Assembly (NCBI GenBank): GCA_030527185.1
Contig: JAUNBF010000004.1
Span: 30,347 to 94,346, forward strand
Origin: Planctomycetia bacterium
GTDB taxonomy: Bacteria; Planctomycetota; Planctomycetia; Pirellulales; Thermoguttaceae
Direction: 5' to 3'
Length of the DNA stretch: 64,000 nucleotides
The first letter of the stretch is position 1. Each line of letters starts with the position of its first letter. Made by a program: the position numbers and the translations under genes. The notes beneath the pieces are model-generated. The model had not been told where the DNA came from. It saw only the letters and a program-made list of their open reading frames with translations, and made no database searches. Of this stretch, positions 19,201-25,668 are shown piece by piece.

Positions 19201-19597
19201 TATCACCTCCAATTCACACTACCGGTACTTGCACGAATACGCTCCTACCAGGGCCATTGACGGAGAATTTTCTCGTGAAAAATACTGGAAACCTCTGCGA
19301 CGTACCGATTTGTGGCTGAAATTGGAGTTCGGACGGGAAGTGGAGGTAGAACGGATGGTTTTGACACTTCACTTACAACCGGGACAGACGAAAACCTGGC
19401 AAAATGTCGTCCTGGAATTTTCTCATGGTGAGAAACTCCCTCTGAAACTCCTCTGTTCGGAAAAACCTCAGGAATTCACCTTTCCGACAATGCAATGTTC
19501 GTGGATACGATTGGCAGGTTGGCAAGAACCTTTCCCTTTGAGTGAAAATGGCCTGGCCGAGTGGGAAGTTTATGGAAAAGATTTGCCCAAACCATGA
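16265..19597 (+). CDS. Paralogous secreted beta-propeller/di-haem protein with an extra C-terminal discoidin (galactose-binding-like) domain
   Basis: Shares the blocks ILYTRWEYNDR, MRSWTMLMPGE, KLMEYLEP and ACWIDLCVPYCG with the preceding gene. CIGCH and CIACH motifs. The C-terminus (AIDGEFSREKYW..LAEWEVYG) is discoidin-like. Confidence 0.8.
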   Translation: MQRLFFGICWSRVLTVWCVAVPAMAIVTEVSANEEKSQNFILHRRQLPFPQTRLIQDWMRQDRGQLDVSTCFQSESSTAEEKMIRRGLAEIQKRGGDTADLEKELRRLLKKNVPGNDPAWRECYLQMGTFRRQLRLREVRKFCSEYLFTKHCQLSNQPCFASTAFLSDSVYQDRLGDWRMGSELYHLTISDSAEVTITLLHEEKNGIIRDPAVSYDGEKVAFSMRRSELQDDYHLYVMDWKTRRITPITFGPGVANFEPCWLPDGDLIFASSRCDQCVPCWSSDVMNLYRCDAEGRYLRRLTYDQAHNLYPQPMADGRILYTRWEYNDRVSGKVHKLFIMNPDGTAQTEYYGNNSHAPRSIIHARAIPGSSRVMVIGAGHHTDQSGKLMRMDRNWGTQENEGLEYVAPVRWFEPVKDDLFGKEGELFQYPFPIDEENYLVSYLPEGGPARSFYPIPFGIYWMNSAGDRELLVYDPTISSGQIVPRMPREKPLQKADGYDFYQNKGFFYVQDVYYGPGLKGIPRGTIKKMRVIALSIRAMSAGVDYNQPSSQIHTPVSIGNGSWDVKHVLGTVDIEEDGSAYFQAPSRMPLYFQLLDEKGRMVQTMRSWTMLMPGETFGCIGCHENKNDTFLNHKPITMALKKPPQTIQPFYAEGEIAIPEFYPLLNDSQKRAMKYLNVNAPQANDVPQGFSYLREIQPIWDRHCIACHTGGKRDDGTLAPFSLLGDTRNYGWKECWEGIASRPWSKEHIYPQTGKDRNPGRNYAASYLELTRYGRLRSDDKKNTFVPESPWLNWLPMAIAEPPMLPPYTWGAFKSKLMEYLEPEHYGVQLTEREKGRIACWIDLCVPYCGSYMEANQWDQISHGYIHFYQNQLRPAYLFQEAKRLHHAEVECEHLERFQQHCEEGKNFQLVDFPKDTVGGKEMRQNFVQAWENLPQTVPIYGLAEGRDARGGSNIAGNPIRNLARNPHAAIFSLRSYPAITSNSHYRYLHEYAPTRAIDGEFSREKYWKPLRRTDLWLKLEFGREVEVERMVLTLHLQPGQTKTWQNVVLEFSHGEKLPLKLLCSEKPQEFTFPTMQCSWIRLAGWQEPFPLSENGLAEWEVYGKDLPKP

Positions 19598-19617
19598 ACG
19601 ATCCGAAATTCTCCAGT

Positions 19618-20958
19618 TTATCGCCACGGCTGCGTCCAGGCAATGGGAGTGGTGGGGTGTTCCCATTCTTTCTGCACACCTTTTTGGGTGAAAATTTTGG
19701 CTCGCACATAAAGGTCGTCCGGCTGGAGTGTGTAGGAAGCCTGGTTTCCGTGAACTTCGTGGAGAACCTGCCCGATGGAATCGGAGTATCGTTTCAGCTT
19801 CCGCTTCGGCAGCACGCCCCCTTTCCACCACGCTGGCATCTCCCCCTGAGCCTGATATTCCACCTCTTCCAACGGCTCGGCCTCGAAATCTTTTTTCGTT
19901 CCGATAAACTGGATGGTATACTCATATCCCTCTTCGGGGGCTACCTCCACCGAAAGGGTTTTCGTCGTCGCGTTCCAATGAACGTCTTTCAACGTCAAAC
20001 CTGTGGAAGCGTAAAAATCCCCGCCGTGCATCGATCGCATCAGAGCCGGAATCGAAAGTTCCTCGCTGCGAACCATGACGTAGCCTAAAAACGCGGGTTT
20101 TCCGTAGAACATGTCGTAACTGTGCGTGTCGTCCGTGGCCAATCCGTACAAAAGCGGCGACCCCTGCCGGGCACGAAAGGCGTTGACAATATCCCAGAAT
20201 CGGTCATGCGTCCAAAAAGAGTCCGGGGCATGAAACAACGGTCTGGCCTCCACATTGGCCACTTCAAAAAACTGAATGGATGTCTCCCGTACCAAATCCA
20301 TCGGGTCAATGTCATAAAAACGCCATAACGGATGGTTTAACGTGGTCAGCGTGTTGGGATTTCGTTCTCCCATCAGGCGATTCCGAATCTCCAACGTCCA
20401 GGCCAGGTTGGCAGACGCGTTTTCCAGCGATTTCCACGGATGACCTACCGGAGTGTTGATCATGTTGACATGCACTTCATGCCGATTTTGCGCAGGTCCG
20501 CTCAATTCCATCCCGGAAATAATCAGAAATTTCTCCCGCTCATTCAGAAGATACTCCAGTTCCTCAAAATTCTTCAGACGGCAAAGCTCTTTTCCCGACT
20601 CCCGCTTCACATCCAGAGGAAAATCAAACTGTTCACGGAACCGGGCATAATTTCGCTCCGTCAAATGCCGTTCTCCCACCGCTACCCAGCGATTGGGGTT
20701 GTCATGCGTCACATTATGATCCGAAAAGGCAATAAAATCATACCCCAGCCGACGGTACAAGGCCGCCGCTTCCTCCGCAAAGGCCATTCCATCCGAACGC
20801 AGCGTGTGCATGTGCAAATTGCCGCGATACCAACGTTTTTTTGCACATGGAGAGGGGGAAGAGGCCAAACAGCCATCTTCCGCACGAGCCAAAGAACCAC
20901 TCCTTTCAGCCATTGCCGCAACTGAGACCGTTTGCATAAACATACGACGGTTTAACAT
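19618..20958 (-). CDS. PHP-domain metal-dependent phosphoesterase with Tat-like signal
   Basis: The track start at 20973 is TTG. ATG 20958 gives MLNRRMFMQTVSVAAMA. The GNLHMHTLRSDG and FSDHN motifs belong to the PHP/CehA-type metallohydrolase fold. Confidence 0.75.
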   Translation of the reverse strand: MLNRRMFMQTVSVAAMAERSGSLARAEDGCLASSPSPCAKKRWYRGNLHMHTLRSDGMAFAEEAAALYRRLGYDFIAFSDHNVTHDNPNRWVAVGERHLTERNYARFREQFDFPLDVKRESGKELCRLKNFEELEYLLNEREKFLIISGMELSGPAQNRHEVHVNMINTPVGHPWKSLENASANLAWTLEIRNRLMGERNPNTLTTLNHPLWRFYDIDPMDLVRETSIQFFEVANVEARPLFHAPDSFWTHDRFWDIVNAFRARQGSPLLYGLATDDTHSYDMFYGKPAFLGYVMVRSEELSIPALMRSMHGGDFYASTGLTLKDVHWNATTKTLSVEVAPEEGYEYTIQFIGTKKDFEAEPLEEVEYQAQGEMPAWWKGGVLPKRKLKRYSDSIGQVLHEVHGNQASYTLQPDDLYVRAKIFTQKGVQKEWEHPTTPIAWTQPWR

Positions 20959-20992
20959 TGGGAATCCTTTCAATCAATGACAGAAAAGAGGT

Positions 20993-21916
20993 TTATCTTT
21001 TCAAAAATCGAGAAAATTCCTCTTCGATCTGCTTCTTTTGCTCCTCCGTCAAACCGGGAAGCGGAAGCCGTGGTGGTCCCATCTCGAAGCCCAGCAACGT
21101 GCAGAGATATTTTTGCACCGCGTGGAAAGCGCCGAAAGAATTGCACCAACGGACGTATTGCCAGCTTTCCGCCTGATATTTTCGCGCGTTTGCCAGGTCG
21201 CCACCACTCCACGCTTCCCAAAGTTGCCGGTACACATGAGGAATCAACGCATACGTACTTCCGATTCCTCCCTGGGCACCCAGCACCAACGCGGAAAGGA
21301 GCATTTCATCGCAACCCCAGAGAATCTCGTATTTTCCGGCCTTCCACTCCAGACATTCCTGGTACTCAAACGCACGGGTATCGGTAAACTTAATCCCGGC
21401 CAGATTCGGGATACGTTCTTCCGCTAATTGCAAAAATCGAATCATATCCAGAGCCGCTCCCGTAAATGCTGGAATATGATAATAGTAAAACGGCAATTCT
21501 CCCGCCGCCGCGGCCAGGGGTGCCATGAAATCGACCAACATCTTTTCCGTGCCGACCTTAAAATAACTGGGAGCGGTGGCGCTGATAGCGCTCGCTCCTG
21601 TTTTCCAGGCATGGGAGGCCAGTTCGCAACATTCCGCCAGGCTATTCGCTCCCACCTGCACCACCACCGGCAACCGTCCATCCGACGCGGCCAAAAATGC
21701 CTCCACAACCGCTTGACGCTCCGAAACGCTGAGGCTGACCCCTTCCCCCGTGGTGCCGCAAACGTACATCGCGTTCATCCCGGAGGCCAAAAGATAGTCC
21801 ACATAGGAAGGAATTACCTTCAAATTCAATTCCCCCGTCTCGGTCATGGGGGTATAAGTCGCTGCTGTCAATCCTTTTAATAACATCCTGAGTTCCTGAT
21901 TCTGGGGAATTTCCAA
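20993..21916 (-). CDS. DapA-family class I aldolase, N-acetylneuraminate-lyase-like
   Basis: CGTTGEG motif, GIKFTD Schiff-base lysine region and YYYHIP. The track start is TTG; the alternative ATG is at 21886. NAL versus DHDPS cannot be settled by eye. Confidence 0.75.
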   Translation of the reverse strand: MEIPQNQELRMLLKGLTAATYTPMTETGELNLKVIPSYVDYLLASGMNAMYVCGTTGEGVSLSVSERQAVVEAFLAASDGRLPVVVQVGANSLAECCELASHAWKTGASAISATAPSYFKVGTEKMLVDFMAPLAAAAGELPFYYYHIPAFTGAALDMIRFLQLAEERIPNLAGIKFTDTRAFEYQECLEWKAGKYEILWGCDEMLLSALVLGAQGGIGSTYALIPHVYRQLWEAWSGGDLANARKYQAESWQYVRWCNSFGAFHAVQKYLCTLLGFEMGPPRLPLPGLTEEQKKQIEEEFSRFLKR

Positions 21917-21923
21917 ATTTTAA

Positions 21924-24497
21924 CTATTCTTCCGACAACTCTTTCGTGGGGGTGGGGCCTACAAAGGAATGGAAATTATCCCGTCCCAGTTTCGGCCATT
22001 CTCCGCCCAAATCTGCCGATTCGCACCGCATCCCGACCAGAACATCGTCGTCCAACGCATACGTCAACAGGTTCGGTGCCACAATCGTCCCCGCGGAACG
22101 AACCGCCGCCTCATATTTTACCGCCCACTTCTTGTCACCGCGTGGCGAAAGGGCATAAACCCACCCCGCGTTGTCTCCAAAATAGATCGTGCCATCGTCG
22201 CCAACGACCGGCGTGCTTTCAATCATCTCTTCGGCCTGATACTGCCATCGGATTTTATGGGAAGTGCCATCCACACTCACCAGGTATCCCTGACCGCCCT
22301 GGCGGGTGGAGAGACTTGCTCCCACGTAAATATGGCCGTGCGAATCAATCACCGGTGATCCCAGCAATTGCCCTGGCATGTGTACTGTCCACGCCACTTC
22401 CCCATTGGAATGAAAACCGATCAGTTTTTCTGTCCGGGAAGCGACGACAATGGTTCCCTCTTTCGTGATAGCTGGCGAGGAGTTCAAAAATCCGCCCGCG
22501 TAACCGACTTCACGACCCTGATCCCACAAATTCCGCCCGGAAACATCACCCAGTTGAATGGCAAAAAGATACCCTTCTTCCGAACCGATGTAAAGCGTAT
22601 CTCCCGCAATCACGCCCGACGAGTCGAGTTTGGCACGACATCGGAAATAGGGACGCGAATCCTTACGCCCTTCATTCGAGACGCGAATCAGCCCGCCGTT
22701 GTAGTCGCTGATGATCGTGTTTCCCCACGCATCGACAATCGGAGCCGCGTAACCCAGAGGTTCGCCTACCTGAACCGGCATCCACGACTGTTTGCCACTG
22801 GACGTGACGCAGTGCAAATAACCGTCTGCCGAGTGGAGATGATAGTCCCCATTGGCATCCACCACAATCGGCCCTGGCACGTGCGACTTGATCACATATT
22901 CCCAGGAAACTTCCGGTTCTGGGCGGGAAATATCGAGTGCGTAGAGACTTCCCTGCGACACCAGAATCATCCGCCCCTTGCTGTCCACCACCGGAGCGTT
23001 TCGCATCGGGCGGGCATGGACGGTGAAAGGTGGCTCTTCGGGGAATCCCCAAAAACATCGTTCGGGACGATCAATTTCCGGTCGAATTTCCGGTCGCGGC
23101 TCCGGGGGACGATACCGGGGCCGTGCTTTCGGATCGTTCGCGGAGGCTGGACGCCCTGCCGGAGTTTTCGGGACAGGTTTCCCCATCACATGAATCCCCG
23201 GCTTCTTCAACACCGGTTTTTTCGCAGGTTTTTCCCCTTCTTCCACAGGAGGGGCGGGGAAATTTTGCCGTGGCGGTGCTTTCGGCATGGGACGCTGCTG
23301 CGCCGGAGCAGGGCGGGGCGAAACCGCGGGTCGCGGCTGTGGTACGGATGGACGCAACTGCGGAGGAGCCGAGGGAGGGGCTGACGGGGGAGCCGAAGCT
23401 GATGGCGGCATCGGATTTTTCACCGGAAGAACCGTTTCCTGATTCGTTGCCTCCGTTCCCGTTCCCTGAAAAGACGCAGGGGAAGGAGGCATCGGTACAG
23501 GTGCTGTTGGATAGGAAGGTGGGGTCATCGAAGGTGGCTCAGGTGCCGGCTGTGTTGGCTGTGTTGGCTGCGGCGACATCGGCAGGGTGGGGGAAACAGG
23601 CATGTTCGGCATGGGACTGGGAGTCGAGGGAAAGCCGTTGTACGCATTTCCACCCATGGGATTGCCAGGCATGGAAGGTCCCGAAGGTGCCGACGGCGTA
23701 TTCATCGGGGCGGACGGCATTCCTCCAAAATTCCCCCCCATTCCAGCATTCATTCCTCCAGGCATACTTCCCATCGAACCCGTTCCACCCATATTCCCAG
23801 GCATCCCCGCATTTCCAGGCATGGGGGAAGGCGACATTCCCGCATTACCCATCGGCGTCCGTGGATTCATGGTACCGCCGGGAAAATTGCCCCGAATGGC
23901 TCCACCGGGAATCCCACCGCCAGGAATCCCCCCACCGGGCGTTGTTCCGAAATTGCCGCCGTTGTTTCCGAAACCGCCATTGCCCGGAGGATTTCCCATC
24001 GGTTGTTGCGTGGGGGTGCCAAACGGACTTTGCGGAGGACGAAAACCACCACCTGCCGGATTATTTCCGTACGGAGAGGGATTCCCAAACGGCGTATTGG
24101 GCGGAACGTTGCCATAGGGTGGATTCTGCTGCTGCGGCGAACCAAAATTTTGCTGTTGCGGCTGTTGGGAGCGACCAAAAGAGACATTGGGATTCGTATT
24201 GCCAAAGCCCCCCGAAGGCTGTCCGAAATTCCCCGAAGGCTGTTGCGGAAAACCTTGCTGAGGACGAAAACCGCCCGCATTGCCAAAGCCACCGGACGGT
24301 TGCGAGGGATAGTTGCCACCACCAAAATTGCCCGGAAAACCACCCCCGGAAGGTTGACCATACCCTCCCTGCGAACCGTAATTGTCGGGAAGAGCATGAA
24401 ACAGGCCGATTCCCTGGCTCCCACACTGAGGACAACGGAACGGCTCGGTCGGCTGCTGCAAACAACCACCACATTTGCTACATTGATAGGTTTTCAT
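21924..24497 (-). CDS. Zinc-ribbon protein with a long G/P/N/Q-rich disordered region and C-terminal PQQ-like beta-propeller
   Basis: N-terminus YQCSKCGGCLQQPTEPFRCPQCG. Residues ~40-480 are low complexity (GGFGN, PQQ and MPGN repeats). The C-terminal ~370 aa has repeated G.IY.G/DG.LYAL beta-propeller strands. No signal peptide or TM. Confidence 0.8.
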   Translation of the reverse strand: MKTYQCSKCGGCLQQPTEPFRCPQCGSQGIGLFHALPDNYGSQGGYGQPSGGGFPGNFGGGNYPSQPSGGFGNAGGFRPQQGFPQQPSGNFGQPSGGFGNTNPNVSFGRSQQPQQQNFGSPQQQNPPYGNVPPNTPFGNPSPYGNNPAGGGFRPPQSPFGTPTQQPMGNPPGNGGFGNNGGNFGTTPGGGIPGGGIPGGAIRGNFPGGTMNPRTPMGNAGMSPSPMPGNAGMPGNMGGTGSMGSMPGGMNAGMGGNFGGMPSAPMNTPSAPSGPSMPGNPMGGNAYNGFPSTPSPMPNMPVSPTLPMSPQPTQPTQPAPEPPSMTPPSYPTAPVPMPPSPASFQGTGTEATNQETVLPVKNPMPPSASAPPSAPPSAPPQLRPSVPQPRPAVSPRPAPAQQRPMPKAPPRQNFPAPPVEEGEKPAKKPVLKKPGIHVMGKPVPKTPAGRPASANDPKARPRYRPPEPRPEIRPEIDRPERCFWGFPEEPPFTVHARPMRNAPVVDSKGRMILVSQGSLYALDISRPEPEVSWEYVIKSHVPGPIVVDANGDYHLHSADGYLHCVTSSGKQSWMPVQVGEPLGYAAPIVDAWGNTIISDYNGGLIRVSNEGRKDSRPYFRCRAKLDSSGVIAGDTLYIGSEEGYLFAIQLGDVSGRNLWDQGREVGYAGGFLNSSPAITKEGTIVVASRTEKLIGFHSNGEVAWTVHMPGQLLGSPVIDSHGHIYVGASLSTRQGGQGYLVSVDGTSHKIRWQYQAEEMIESTPVVGDDGTIYFGDNAGWVYALSPRGDKKWAVKYEAAVRSAGTIVAPNLLTYALDDDVLVGMRCESADLGGEWPKLGRDNFHSFVGPTPTKELSEE

Positions 24498-24528
24498 CGT
24501 TTTATTTCTTTATATCGAAGAGAAAAAT

Positions 24529-25335
24529 TTACTGAACATCAACCAAGGCTTTGGAATAGACCGAACCATTCCCGCGAAGAACCACCCAGCCATGAACCTG
24601 AGTCACTTCCACTCCCCGCGACGTCGAACTATGCCGACTGCTGTCAAATCGCTGTCCCACCCGAACGATTTCCACACTGTTGGGCAACCCCACACTCTCG
24701 CACAACATCTGTGCCCACTGAGCCAGAATCGATTCAAACATCTCGCAATGGTACGGCGCATGAGCATTCCAGCGATAAAATGCCTCCCCCAAATCTTTCA
24801 ACAACAGAACCATCTTTTCTGGTGTCGAAGACTGAAACATCATCAAAAGACCCGCAAAATAACGACTATCCACGTCATTGGCCAGTACCCCCTGCAAAAG
24901 TGCCTGGCGTTCGCCTGCAATTTCGGGAACTCCCATCAGAGATTCGCCAAAAATGGCACTTTCCAGCCCGGATACGGACGCTGCCGGAACAGAAGTGGAG
25001 GTCTGGGAAGGTGGCGACGGAACCGACTCTCGGCCATTGCCAACTCGATTCAACTGTTCTTCCAGACGGCTGAATCGTTCCCACAACGTTTCCCCCAGCA
25101 TCTCTCCCAACGCATCCAAACGCTCTATGACTGGCGAAAGTGCCTGTGAAAAAAGACGTGAATCGATAGCCGTTTCCGAACCACCGGAACCGGTCGCTTT
25201 GCTTTTCCGCTCTTCCTGCTGAAGCAGATAGTCGGCAATCTGTTGTTGGGATTGCGTTAAAAGAGCATACAAACCGCCCAGCGAAACCGAATCCGACACG
25301 GCGTTTTCTTCCAACTTTTTCCATGAAAAGGACAT
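24529..25335 (-). CDS. GrpE-like protein (candidate nucleotide-exchange factor)
   Basis: The N-half is coiled-coil-like (IERLDALGEMLGETLWERFSRLEEQLNRV). The C-terminus VRVGQRFDSSRHSSTSRGVEVTQVHGWVVLRGNGSVYSKALVDV parallels the GrpE beta-domain pattern G..FDP..H......V..V...GY...g.v.R.A.V.V. SD GGGAG lies before ATG 25335. Confidence 0.55.
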   Translation of the reverse strand: MSFSWKKLEENAVSDSVSLGGLYALLTQSQQQIADYLLQQEERKSKATGSGGSETAIDSRLFSQALSPVIERLDALGEMLGETLWERFSRLEEQLNRVGNGRESVPSPPSQTSTSVPAASVSGLESAIFGESLMGVPEIAGERQALLQGVLANDVDSRYFAGLLMMFQSSTPEKMVLLLKDLGEAFYRWNAHAPYHCEMFESILAQWAQMLCESVGLPNSVEIVRVGQRFDSSRHSSTSRGVEVTQVHGWVVLRGNGSVYSKALVDVQ

Positions 25336-25634
25336 CTTTTTCTCCCTGTTTTTCTGATTTTGTTGTTCGGATACAAAAGCCCCTGCCTCCGGGAAGGGTG
25401 AAATGAACGCATGAAGCTCGAATAAGGATCAATTTAACGAGGCTCTGGAGCATTTCTAAAAAACATTCTCCCTATTTGGTTATCCATATTGAAAATGGTT
25501 ATATCCCTACCCTATAAAATTTCCATGTCCAATCCCAGGTTCAAATATCCGCCGAGAAAAAAGTAGGAATGGAAATATCTCCATCTTCTGCGGAAACTCT
25601 CCTACGCTGTCAAAATATCAAATGTGGTATGAAC

Positions 25635-25660
25635 ATCAATAATTATCAATTATCAATTAA
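25635..25660 (-). repeat. (TAATTGA)n heptamer repeat 9 nt after the stop of the Hsp70-fold gene
   Basis: The sense strand reads TAG AGCTTTGCT TAATTGA TAATTGA TAATTAT TGATG. Confidence 0.85.
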
Positions 25661-25668
25661 GCAAAGCT

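Noticed and set aside
13695-19597. Possibility that the propeller/haem proteins indicate anammox hydrazine synthase
   Set aside because: Only a loose architectural resemblance to HzsA exists (from memory). No hzsB/hzsC-like partners, hydrazine dehydrogenase or other anammox genes are nearby. The context is surface-protein and carbohydrate genes.
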